From the NCBI RefSeq assembly GCF_964213995.1, contig NC_135816.1, positions 29,326,001 to 29,390,000 of the forward strand: a stretch of 64,000 nucleotides of DNA, given 5' to 3'. Shown here one piece after another: positions 1 through 11,210 of the stretch. The DNA is from Mustelus asterias (taxonomy: Eukaryota). The position numbers and the translations under genes were made by a program. The stretch's first letter is position 1; each line of letters opens with the position of its first letter. The notes beneath the pieces were generated by a model. That model ran no database searches, had not been told where the DNA came from, and saw only the letters and a list, made by a program, of their open reading frames with translations.

Positions 1-1520
1 CTTCTGCAAATCCAAGTTCAGTACATTCACCAGTTTCCCTTCGTCCACAGCACATGTGACTGCTTCGAAGAATTCCAATCAATTGATCAAACATGATTTC
101 CCTTTCCCAAAATCATGTTGACTCTGCCTGATTGCCATTTATTTTTCTAAGTGCCCTGGCATAGCATCTCAATAGTTTCCAACATTTTCCCTCTGACAGA
201 TATTAAGCTAACTGGCCTGTAGTTTCCAGCTTTCTGTCTCCCCTTTTGAATAAAAGAGTTGCATTTGCTATCTGCCAATCCAGTGAATTTTCAAAATTTA
301 AAACCATTGCATTAACTGCCCCTTGAAGTTTAGTAGCATCCACAAACTTGTTAGCCTGTAGCTCCAACAATTTGCTAAGTATCACTTCCCTGGTGATTGT
401 CCCTCTCTCCCTTCCAATTCCTGATTTACAATTATTGCTGGGATATTACTGTATCCTCTGCATGAAGACTGATGCAAGATTCCTGTTCAATTCATCTACC
501 ATCTCTTTATTTTCCATTATTAACTCTCCAAACAAACTTTCTGTAGGACCAACACTTTTCTTTTATATAAGTATCCATATAAACTCTTCCTAACAGCCTT
601 TATAGTTTCAGCTAACTTTCTCATATTCAATTTTTTCCCTTCTAATTAATCTTTTTGAGTTTTGTATTCTGTCCAATCTTCTGACCTGCCATCCATTTTG
701 CACAATTATATGCTTTCCTTTAAATTTGATACTGTCATTAACTTTTTTAGTTATCCACGGATAATAGGTCCGCCTCTTGGGATTTTTCTTTCTCATTGGA
801 ATGGATCTATTCTGAAATGTCCTTTTAAAGATCTGCCACTGCATCTCTACTGGCTTGTACACAGTGGCTAGCACTGCTGCATCACAGCACCAGGGACCTG
901 GGTTCAATTCCTGGCTTGGGTCACTGTGCCGAGTTTGCTTGCATTTCCTTCAGGTCCAGTTTCCTCCCACAGTCTGAAAGACGTGCTGGTTAGGTGCATT
1001 GGTCATGCTAAATTCTCCCTCCATGTACCCAAACAGGTGACTAGGGATTTTAACAGTAACTTCATCGCAGTGTTAATGTAAGCTTACTTGTGACACTAAT
1101 AAATAAACTTTAAAAAAACCTTTCCCACAAGTATCTCTCGTGCCTATCAGTTCACCCTGTTTTGCTTCAAGTGCTATGTGCAGATACAGAGCCTTTAGTT
1201 TTGACCTTGGTTATTTTTACAACCTCTAGCCTTATCTGTTCCCTTACTCTTTGGATTGTGCTCTCTATCCCTTCCTGTTGCATTCTATTTGTCACTTCCC
1301 ACATTTATACCTTTCTCTTTTGCCTTGGCTCTACCGCTTGGTTTACCACATCTTCTCAAATTTGATCTCTTGTTTCTATGAATTGGTTTAAAACCTTCTC
1401 CGCTTCCCTTGTTATGCGGCTCACGAGAACACCAGTCCCATCCTGGTTCAGGTATAGACCGTTCCAACAGTCCAGATCCCACAATATTGCTGCCAGTGCC
1501 CTGCAGACCAGTCTGAGCCA
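1..1520 (-). mobile_element. Decayed CR1-type LINE (ORF2 pieces and ORF1 SGNH/esterase C-terminus), interrupted by a SINE
   Basis: Minus-strand peptides DWQIANATLLFKRGDR, PWITKKVNDSIK and GHWQQY...NGLYLNQDGTGVL...ITREAEKVLN. Confidence 0.75.
857..1112 (+). mobile_element. tRNA-derived V-SINE (HE1-like), tail type B
   Basis: A/B-box head, tttcctcccacagtctgaaaga core, tail ...cctacttgtgacactaataaataaacttt. Confidence 0.8.
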
Positions 1521-1589
1521 TTTTGTTTAGTTGGTTGTGTGAGGGATAAATGATGGTCCTGAGTGCTTGGAGAATACTGCTCCTCTTCT

Positions 1590-1788
1590 TTCTGGCACCA
1601 TTTAACATTCATCAAAGCCGTCCAGCATTTTAACATCATGGTTTAACATCTCATCCAAAATACAGTATCTCCAATAGAGGAGCATTCCAGTGCTACAACC
1701 ACATTCTGGTGCTCAAATCTCGGGAGTGGGGCTTAAACCAGCAATTGTGAGATTCTGAGGTTGAGTGTCATCACTGAGCCAAGCCTGT
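1590..1788 (-). mobile_element. Old Deu-domain SINE (SacSINE1/AmnSINE-like)
   Basis: ggtttaacatctcatccaaaa...gtgctcaaatctcgggagtggggcttaaacc...cactgagccaag resembles the reverse complement of a DeuSINE head plus core. Confidence 0.6.
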
Positions 1789-1892
1789 CGCGTTGTATTT
1801 GTGTGGACAGGCACATGATCTGCATCCATTCCTCTGCCAGTGGTGCTGTGTGACCAGTTGTTTAAAGACGCGGAAGTTGACACCTCAGAGCG

Positions 1893-2210
1893 CTACGGTG
1901 GCAGAGTGGTTAGCACTACAGTGTCTCAGCACCAGGGACCCAGGTTCGATTCCTGGTTCGGGTCACTGTCTGTGCGGAGTCTGCACATTCTCCCCATGTC
2001 TGCGTGGGTTTCCTCTGGGTGCTCCGGGTTTCCTTCCACAGTCCAAAGATGTGTGGGTTAGATGGATTGGCCTTGGTAAATTGCCCCTCAGTCAGGGGGA
2101 CTAGCTAGGGTAAATGCATGGGGTTATGGGGATAGGGCCTGGGTGGGATTGTGGTCGGTGCAGACTCGATGGGCCGAATGGCCGCCTCCTGCACTGTACA
2201 ATTCTACGAT
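1893..2210 (+). mobile_element. V-SINE (HE1-like), tail type A (CR1-derived)
   Basis: tggttagcac...ggttcgattcc head, gcgtgggtttcctctgggtgctccgg core, tail ggtgcagactcgatgggccgaatgg...ctgcactgta. Confidence 0.85.
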
Positions 2211-2417
2211 ACCCCCTCCCTCTGTCGTTGCAAGGGAGTATTTAGCATATGCTCTGTGATTCAATGCAGTTACATGAATGATAACAAAAATTCACAGCTG
2301 GCAAGAATAGACTTTCTGCTATTGTTTGAAGCATAGGGAACAGCAAGGTGTGATAGAACACAATTTGATGGATCAATGCTATTCACTATGCTGTTGCTCT
2401 TTTTCTTAACTCCAGTG

Positions 2418-2910
2418 GTGTATTGCCCTGGAAGGGGTGCAGAGGAGATTCACCAGGATGCTGCCTGCGATAGAACGTTTAATTTATGAAGAAAGGTTGG
2501 ATAGGCTTGGGTTGTTTCCTCTGGAGTAAGAAGACTGAGGGGTGACCTGATTGAGGTGTTCAAGATTGAGGGGTATGGATAGGGAGCAGCTGTTCTCCTT
2601 AGTTGAAGGGTCAGTTACCATGGGACACAGAAGTGAAAGGTGGGAGGTTTCGGGGGGGATTTGAGGAAAAACCTTTTTACCCAGAGGGTGGTGACGGTCT
2701 GGAATGCACTGTCTGGGAGGGTGGTGGAGGCGGGATGCCTCGCATCCTTTAAAAAGATACTTGGATGAGTTCTTGGCATGCCATAACATTCAAGGCTATG
2801 GGCCAAGTGCTGGCAAGTGGGGTTAGTTGGGCAGGTCAGGGCCTTTCATGTGTTGGTGCAGACTCGATGGGCTGAAGAGCCTCTTCTGCGCTGGAGTATT
2901 GTGATTCTAT
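2418..2910 (+). mobile_element. CR1-type LINE 3' fragment
   Basis: Encodes LEGVQRRFTRMLP...EERLDRLGLFPLE, followed by the 3' UTR ending gattctat. Confidence 0.85.
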
Positions 2911-3189
2911 TAACTGTATTATGAATAGGTGAAGCCAATAATTCAAAATACCAAGTGAATTCCCAATGTTTAATTTAATATGTATATTTCGTCATGCCAA
3001 TGTCATTTGCCTTTCAATGATAGCTGTTACTGCACAGTAACGTGCTGATAGAAATGGAATATTACATTATCGTATGGAACAGTGATTGAAGGTCTTGCTG
3101 AGTGACAGAGATTTCCTTTTTCAACATCCTTCTCCCTCTGATCAAATTCTGGAAGGTAATCTCACTGATTTTTGTTTTTCCTTTCACAG

Positions 3190-3410
3190 AATTTTTTAGC
3201 TCACTCATTGAAAAGATGCAAGCAAAGGAAGTCTTGAGGAACCTGCGGCTGCTGGAATTAGATGAATTCAGCCAGTTTTTTCGGACCATTCCTCCACCAA
3301 CACTGGTTGGAATTGCTTCATTTGCAGCTATTGTAGCCTACTGGCTAACTACCAGACCCAAAGCCCTGAAGCCACCCTGCGACCTTTCACAACAGTCAGT
3401 GGAAATTGAA
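3190..3410 (+). CDS. ACSL6: ACSL6 exon 2 (contains ATG at 3216 and the N-terminal membrane anchor)
   Basis: Acceptor tttcacag|, donor GAA|gtaagt. Encodes (E)FFSSLIEKMQAKEVLRNLRLLELDEFSQFFRTIPPPTLVGIASFAAIVAYWLTTRPKALKPPCDLSQQSVEIE, which matches the vertebrate ACSL6 N-terminus (EFVLSLLEKMQTQEILRILRL...). Confidence 0.93.
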
Positions 3411-4120
3411 GTAAGTCCTTGCTAAGTCGGTGTGGCATCAATAATGCTGATAATGTGGCACTAACTTGGCTTGATTAGATTGTCACCCAAAAGCTTTATG
3501 CCCACAGCACTACACTGGTGAGAAGAAAATTGAATTGAGTTGATGCACACTTTAGACTTGGTCTTATGTTTTCATTCCGCTCCTCCCACAGCATTTTTTT
3601 TTAAAAGAAAGGCCATTGCAAGCTCAAAACCAGACCCTGTGATTGTGACCATGGTGTGTTATCCCACCTCGTTCTCCATGTGCTCTGCAAACCAGCATCA
3701 TGATTAATCACACGATCATTCTCCAACCTTGATTCTTTCTGTCCAACTTGCTTATCTATCCAATTGTAGCCGCAGCGTCTATAGAAATACGTTGCCTCCT
3801 GCACTGTTAGAAGTCTTTCAAAGATTAAGTCCTGAACCTTTCCTCTTCCATCTTTGCAAAATGCACCTAAGAACCACATGACAACAGACCATGATGCTGG
3901 AACCATGCTTTTCTGCTCTGCTAGTTTCCTCAAATCCTTGTTGCTTTCACGTATTATCAGATGACTTGTCTGGCGTTGATTCTTCCAGCTGATAAATGGC
4001 CTTTGCTGCTTTCTTTCTCTTAATCTTAGAGCTATTTTCTGTTTGTCATCCCTACGCACACTTGTCATTCCAGAGGACAAATGAGTGAGCATGGTTGAAG
4101 GCCTCAGCCTGCCAGTTAAA

Positions 4121-4414
4121 GTGGCATGGTGGCACAATGGTTAGCACTGCTGCCTCTCAGCGCCAGGGATCCAGGTTCAATCCCGGCCTCGGGTGATTGT
4201 GTCTGCGTGGGTTTCCTCCGGGTGCTCCGGTTTCCTCCCACAGTCCGAAGACGTGCGGGTTAGACTGACCATGATAAATTGCTCCTTAGTGTCAGGGGGA
4301 TTAGGAGGGTAAATATGTAGGGTTATGAGGATAGGATCTGGGGCGAGATTGTTGTCAGTGCAGGCTCGATGGGCCAGATGCCTCATTCTGCACTGTAGGG
4401 ATTCTATGATTCTA
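4121..4414 (+). mobile_element. V-SINE, tail type A
   Basis: Same head and core; ends ctgcactgtagggattctatgattcta. Confidence 0.85.
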
Positions 4415-5048
4415 AATTGCTGTAAAATGTATAACTTGTTGTGAATGATTTTGCTGCTTTTTTTCTTCCTTCTGATGGAAAAGCATTTCCCACACGGAGA
4501 ACTTGAAGTGAGGATTTCAGCACGTAAAGATCATGGATATGTTCAAACCCACATCTAACCACATTGTGGTATCAATGATCTAATGCATGTTTTGCACTGC
4601 ATTTCTTTAGTTTGGTACCCTTTTGAATTTAACTCCATTAGAAGGTGCACAAATGCTTCTGGAAGTTGTATTAAAATTCCGTGCCAGTCGGGATAGGATA
4701 GCCTGAGATAAGTTCTACCTGTCTCACACCAGAAGTAGTATTTGGAAGATTATCCAATTCATTACCAGTATTCATTTTATATCCCGAGAGATAGCACAGA
4801 AATTCATGAAACCAGCTAGTAGAGGGTTCATGCCATAGTTTTTAAAAACAAGGAGGAACAGATCCAGGGGCATGGGAGTAAGAACAAGAGGATTAAGTTG
4901 ATGGAGAATGTTTTAATTATGATCGTCAATCTCTGATTTCTCTGATATTAGAATACTGTCATTTTATAACAGTATTTTATGTAAGATCCCAAACCCATCA
5001 GGGAAATAGGTCCCACGACTATTCCAGGAATATGTATGCGACAGCCTC

Positions 5049-5737
5049 CAGCAGAGCAGAAGTAGACCATTTGGCCCATCAAGTCTGTTCTGCCATTCAA
5101 TGAGATTGTGACTGATCTGATGTGAAATTCCTCAACTCCACTTTCCCACCTTATCCCCATAATCTTTGATTCCCTTGCTGATTTAAAAATCTGTCCCTCA
5201 GCCTTGAACATGCTTAATGACCCAGCCTCTACAGCCTTCTGTGGTTTAAAAAGAAATTCTGCAGATTCTCTAACCTTGGAGAAGAAATTCTTCCTCATCT
5301 GTCTTAAATGGGTGACCCCTTACTCTGAGATTTTGTCCTTTGATCTTTGACTCTCCAAAAAGGGGAAACAACCTCTCAACATTTACCTTGTCTAGCCCTG
5401 AGAATCCTATGGGCAGAATTTTGCTGTCCTGCCTACCACGGGGATTGTAGCGGGCAGGACACGGACCATATAAAGGTCCGTTGACCTCGGGTGGGATTTT
5501 CCAACTTTGGGGCGTGAGTGGCTGGAAAAGCCTGCCCGATATGTCTCAATAAGGTCGCTTCTCATTCCTCTAAATTCTAATGAGTTCTAATAAATGGGCC
5601 CAACCTATTCAACGTCTCCTCGTAAGAAAATCCTTCCATATCTGGGATCAACCTAGTGAACCTTCTCTGGACTGCCTCCAATGCCAGTATATCTTTGCTG
5701 AGATAAGGGGACCAGAACTGTTCAAGTATTCCAGGTG
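5049..5737 (-). mobile_element. CR1-type LINE 3' fragment with a nested MITE
   Basis: Minus strand MRKNFFS...KAVEAGSLSMFKAE plus 3' UTR. Confidence 0.8.
5411..5537. mobile_element. PIF/Harbinger-type MITE (~127 bp)
   Basis: Ends gggcagaatttt / aaaagcctgccc; interrupts a LINE; imperfect 3-bp TSD (tat/gat). Confidence 0.7.
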
Positions 5738-5794
5738 TGTATTTTATTTTGAAGGAGTGTACACACTTATGTCAGTTGTCTACATCCCTGAAGA

Positions 5795-6107
5795 AACATA
5801 GAATCCCTACAATGCAAAGGAGGCCAATCAGCCCATTGAGTCTACACTGCCTCTGACAGAGCATCTTGCCCGGGCCCACACTATCCCTGTTACCCCACTA
5901 ATTCCCCTAACCTACACATCTTGGGACTGTAGGAGAAAACCAGAGCACCCAGAGGAAACCCATGCAGACATGGGGAGAATGTGCAAACTCCAAGGCTGGA
6001 ATTGAACCCAGGTCCCTGGCGCTGAGAGGAACCGGTGCTAACCACTGTGCCACCATGTCACCAGGTCCCTGGCCCTGTGAGGTAGCAGTGCTAACCACTG
6101 TGCTGTC
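5795..6107 (-). mobile_element. V-SINE tail A with a partially duplicated head
   Basis: Reverse-complement head and core; the segment ccaggtccctggc...gtgctaaccactgtgc occurs twice (about 6008 and 6061). Confidence 0.8.
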
Positions 6108-7696
6108 CATACCAGTGAAGAAAGAGAAGGAAATAGTGGAGGGAAAATAAACCAAGATCAAAAGAAAGGCAAAGAAAAAACTGTATATATTTTAAGGGAA
6201 GAACAGAAGTTATTTGAAAGGAAATGAGTTCTGAGATAATGAAGGTCTTTACCTTTAGTTATTTCAACATCGACGAATGTCGTATCTGACATGTTGATTT
6301 TATAATGATGTAAATTTGTGGAATTGAATATTCCAATGCGGAGAAAGAACAGAACTCTTTAATAAAAGAAAACTATTTTAAAATGCCTGAATGTTAAGCT
6401 GGCATAAATAAATTATCATGTGATTCTAAATTTATTTAATTTGATTTTGACTTGTCTTTAAATTTATTGAAAATGCTGACTGCGCATCAACTCATTTGGT
6501 CATCGTGACGTTATATTCCAAAAAAAATCTTTTCTGGTGAATCCATGAAAAACATGGATTGTTTAAGTAAGAAATGCTTTGAGAGAACATAATTGGAGCA
6601 GTGCTGCACAAGTTCTAATCATCAGCTCTTTAAGCTGGCAGTTTTTCAACTGAGTTTGTCCCTCAGTATTTTAGAAGAAAAATTGGCTTTATCCAGAGGT
6701 TGTCAACATTGGCCCTTCATTTGAGCATGTCAGAATCAGATTGGTTCGAAGGCAGGATTACAATTAATGACACATTGTCGAAGCTGAACATTTTTTAATT
6801 GAGCTGTTGGTTTCTGCATGTCAGTTATAGATGTACCTACATTTGTGCTTAACCCCAAAAATGTATATATAACCAAGTGCTGAAATGCATCTTTTAAAGC
6901 TCTTCTTTTGATTGTGAAATGTTTTGGGAGTAAGCCTTGCTGTTGTCTTTTATGATATCTGCCTTGCAACCTTTTTGAGATGAAGTAAATGTTCCTCAAT
7001 GTGAAACTGTCTATATTTGATAACGTGAGGTCAGTGTATAGAAACAGGAGTTCACCATTCAGTTCCTGGAACCTGTTTTATCATCCAATTAGATTATGAT
7101 CGATTTGTACTTAACTCCATTTACCTTCCTTGATTCCGGAACCCTTAATATTCTTATCTAATGAAAACCCATCAACCTTTGTTCTGGAATTTTATCTTGA
7201 TGCTCTAATATTTGGTTAAATGACCTCCTCTTGTCTCAACTCTCTCTTACAGCTCTTCAAAACATCTCCTCCTTTGTCTTCAAACACATGTTCTCCTGTT
7301 GCCAATATCCTTCCTTAGCTGCAGTAGTCAGTTGATTTTGGAACAAGTATCCTCACGTTTGGATCCCTTAATGATACTACATCACACTACCTCGTGATCT
7401 TCCCCAGTTCCCTCATGTCTGCTGTTTCTACAACATTAGCCTTTTGTTCAACTCGACCATTCATAGTTCGCATCGCTTCCCACTTTGTGTTGTCCTTTGG
7501 TAATTCCCTTCTATGTTGGTCTTTGTGCAGAAGTGAGTGAGCGGGTTTCTCTAGATTTTATAGAAATGCTGATCTAAATATAATCCTGGTTCATAAACAA
7601 GAGGTGCTGACAAACTAGATGCATTTATCATGATTCCACTGTACAACTCACTTTTATGCAAGTTCATATGAACGTAATACATTTTTGTTTCATTAG

Positions 7697-7811
7697 GGTG
7701 CCGATCAAGCTCGTGGGTCTGTATTAGGTGATAGCATTCAGCTTATGACACACTACCACGATGATGCAAAGACTATGTATGAAGTATACCAACGCGGATT
7801 ACACATAACAG
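7697..7811 (+). CDS. ACSL6: ACSL6 exon 3 (115 nt, GC donor)
   Basis: Acceptor tttcattag|; GADQARGSVLGDSIQLMTHYHDDAKTMYEVYQRGLHIT(G); donor CAG|gcaagt; phase 1 fits the next exon. Confidence 0.92.
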
Positions 7812-8549
7812 GCAAGTTTTTAGATCCCAAAACAATTCTCATTTTGAATTTGAAGAATTTGTTTACAAATACTGGAAGGCTGTTAGGGAAGAAATCCTTC
7901 AAATGATAAAGTAAGGTGTTTAATCTCGAAGCAGTAGCACGTTTTGGGTATCACTTTTATTTTTGACCGAGTAACAATTAAACATTGATTAGGAATTTCG
8001 AAGCAATGTTGAATTTCTTGAATTCATTGGACCACATTACTAGCTCCTTTTGCTTCTGTCTGTATGCCTCTCATCTCTCCTAGTTCTCTCCCATCTCCTT
8101 CATTTCTCTTTCTTTCTCTTCTTCCCCTCCCTCGCCATATTCTTTGATTCCTTTTTATTCCTATGCTTTTCCTTTCTTACATTTTGAAAAGGTAAACAGG
8201 AGAGAGAGTCAATCTTATAGCAGAGATTTTAGCCTGACAAGTTGGACATTTGTATCTTCTCTGCCTGTACCTTGATGGGAAGGCATGCTTGGCATCCTGC
8301 CTGAGTTGTGGGTGTGGGAGCTCTTGTTGACTTTGTTAGAGCTGGAGAGTGGGGGAGTTTGTGGTGCTGATCAGCAGCAATACTGACAATTTTATCCTTC
8401 ATAACTCAATGCAGTCCTTTTGAAAGGCTGTTTAGGCTGTCCCAATGTGATCAGCTGAGCTCCAACTGCGACTCTGACCTATATTATGAAGTGAACAGTC
8501 CCAAACAGCTGATCTGTTGGTGGGAATGAAACCAGCAGAAATACGAAGG

Positions 8550-8690
8550 TAATAAAAGCAAAATACTGCAGATGCTGGAAATCTGAAATTAAAACCGTAT
8601 TTGCTGGAAAAACCCATGTTTGGCACCATCTGTGGAGAGAGAAACACAGTTAATGTTTCGAGTCTAATATGATGACTCTTTGGAACCTTG
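8550..8690. mobile_element. Penelope-like terminal fragment, family 2
   Basis: aaaagcaaaatactgcagatgctggaaatctgaaat...catctgtggagagagaaac...gtttcgagtc; homologous to 35676-35778 and about 36005-36085. Confidence 0.6.
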
Positions 8691-9157
8691 AATACTAATG
8701 GTGTTTTTTAAAAAACTCCTTTTCTACCAATGATTCCAGCCTCCGAGACCCCTCCCCTCTTATTTTCCTTTTTAACAAAGTAAAGTCTTGTTCCAAATAA
8801 AGTCATTCCCAGAGCATTTCTAATTTGAATTTCATGGCATTTCTTTCTGGATTGAAATGCAGTGGGTTGACACAACACCCCTATGCTCTGCAGAATTATG
8901 ATTCTGCTCTCAGCAGGGATGCACGACACTGGGGGAAGTGCTTTGGAAGTGAAGGGGGGGCTTGGTAGTCCACCGTAATGGCCATGGGAAAGCCAGTTAC
9001 AGTGCCTGCTTCATTCCCTGTCAACAGAACAGTTCCTGCTATTCAAACTGCTCACAATTGCTTTAACACGCGATTCCCAGACAGTATTAAAATTGCATCA
9101 GACATTTGATTTGTCTTTGAAGGCAGCTATTCCACTTAAAATCATATCATTGTAACT

Positions 9158-9282
9158 GGGCAGGATTTTACGGCCTCGCTCGGGCGAGACCAGAAATTCC
9201 CGCTCGAGATCAACAGAGATTTCTGTCGTCGGACTCTTGCCCGCGTTGATTCCGTGGCGGGCGAGACAGTAGAATTCCGGCC
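9158..9282. mobile_element. PIF/Harbinger-type MITE (125 bp)
   Basis: TIRs gggcaggattttac / gtagaattccggcc; perfect 3-bp TSD ACT; CpG-rich. Confidence 0.8.
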
Positions 9283-9789
9283 ACTGTCTCTTCAACTCCG
9301 AACGCTTTATTTACTCTTCCTTGAATCCGAACAATGCTTCGGTCTCTTTTCTCTCAACTCAATTCATTCTTCTGGTCCCAATTCCCTGCTTATCTGGACT
9401 GTAACTTTTGTTCCTTGGGAAGCTTGCATCTTTGTAACTCGCTTCTCCTGACACAGTTGTGAGATGTTCACTCCCCAGTATCCTGTCTTCAACTGCAATA
9501 TATCCAACTAAACCTAAAGCTTTGTTTTACCTTGAAAGGTCTTCCAGTTGCTAAGCAATGCCCACATTTCTCTGCTGGACTGTTGTAGCCCTCTCTAAGA
9601 ACAACAGAAACACAGTTGGAACTTAACCAATCCTCACAAATATGAACACCTTTTGGCCAGCATCAAACTAAGTTTTATCCTTCCAGGTTCAGAAAGATTA
9701 AATTAAACACACTTAACATTATACCTTATTTCTAATGTTTACCCATACAAATATAAATCCCTTAAACTATCATTGTTTTCCTAACAAAA

Positions 9790-10030
9790 GGTTATTTCCC
9801 CTTGTGGTGGTATCTAGAAATAGGGGCCACTTTTTTTAAACCGATGAGGAAAAATCTCATCTCTGGTGGTTGTGAGGAAGAGAGTCTTCGAATATTTCTA
9901 AGGCAGAGGTAGATGGCTTTTTGAAAAGCAAGGGGGTGAACAGTTATCAAGGGTAGGCAGGAATGTGGCGTTCTAGTTAAAATTAGATCAGCCATCATTG
10001 CATCGAATGACAAAGTGGGCCGAGTGGCCT
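9790..10030 (+). mobile_element. CR1-type LINE 3' remnant
   Basis: atgaggaaaaat...aaggcagaggtagatgg...gatcagccat...ggccgagtggcctactcc. Confidence 0.65.
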
Positions 10031-10640
10031 ACTCCAAATCTACATGTTCATATACACTACCTGTTGGTCAGTTCAATAGTAAAGCAGAAGATAGGAAAAG
10101 CTGTTTTGTAAAAAAAAATCCAAGTATCTATGTTATATTCCTTTATTTTGTTTCATTCCTATTCAAAGTAATTATTGTGTTATAAACTTTTGAAAATATG
10201 ACCTAGATTCAATTTGTGAAGAGATAATTAATAAATTCTGAATTTAAACATGTATATTTTTGCAAGACTTGAGAGTTTTTTGTGGTAAAGATAGAAATTA
10301 ATGTATTTCCTTGTTTTATGCCATTCATTGGAGAACCCATGATCTGAATATGTGATCTATGAATGGGAAGAGTTGTTTTCCTAAATTGCTTGCAGGAATG
10401 CACTTTATATGTAGAGCGTGATGAAGCAAAGTTATTTATTGAAATCTGCCTGCAATAGGTAAAGAAAATAGTATTCATCAGTAACCAGTCAAAAATACTT
10501 TATTGTTGCAAAGAAAATTACTGGTTAATGTCTTTCTGAAAAAAATACCCCTCTGCTATTGTGAAATAACCCTTGCAGCAGTTTAATCTCTTAATATTAC
10601 CTAATGTTACAAAGTAATTTGGGTGTTGCTTCTATTTTAG

Positions 10641-10705
10641 GTGATGGACCTTGTTTAGGATTCAGAAAACCCAAACACCCTTATCAATGGCTTTCTTATA
10701 AACAG
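10641..10705 (+). CDS. ACSL6: ACSL6 exon 4 (65 nt)
   Basis: ttttag| (G)DGPCLGFRKPKHPYQWLSYKQ |gtgaga. Confidence 0.95.
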
Positions 10706-10784
10706 GTGAGAACAGATTTGAAAGAACCATTGTTCTTGCATTCATTTGTACATGATGCTGTTTAATTTCATGATTTTCCTTTTC

Positions 10785-11210
10785 CTTTGTTCATGCGATA
10801 TAGGCATCGCTGGCTCGGCCAGGATTTATTAATTGCCCCTAATTGCCCTTGAGGGGGTGCTGGTGAGCCACCTTTTTGAATCGCTGCAGTCCATGTGGTA
10901 TCGGTATACCAAAAGTGCCATTAGGAAGGGTTTTGAGATTTTGACAGCAGTGGAAGGACTGCAATATATTTCTAAGTCCGGATGGTGTGTGACTTGAAGG
11001 GGAATTAAGGGTGACCATGTTCGCTTGCACTTGCTGCCTGTAAGTGATAGAGACCACCAATTCGGAAGATGCTGTCAAAGGAGCCTTGTTGAAATGCTGC
11101 AGTGCATCTTGCAAATGCAGACTGCAGCCATGTGCACCAGTTATATTTAAGGTGGCAGATGAGGTGCCAATTAAGTGGGTTGTTTTGTCCTGGATGTTGT
11201 CAAGTTCCTA
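10785..11210 (-). mobile_element. LINE 3' end (CR1/L2 superclade) whose tail matches SINE family 2
   Basis: Minus strand ...PHGLQRFKKVAHQHPLKGN* then tagggg caattaataaatcctggccgagccagcgatgcc. Confidence 0.7.

Noticed and set aside
3102-3189. ORF track extends exon 2 upstream (MTEISFF...), with a gtaatc donor-like site at 3156
   Set aside because: Non-ATG start running through the acceptor's pyrimidine tract; the implied intron would be only about 34 nt.
3601-4137. 178-aa minus-strand ORF
   Set aside because: Starts inside a SINE, has no recognisable domain and is antisense intronic; probably chance.
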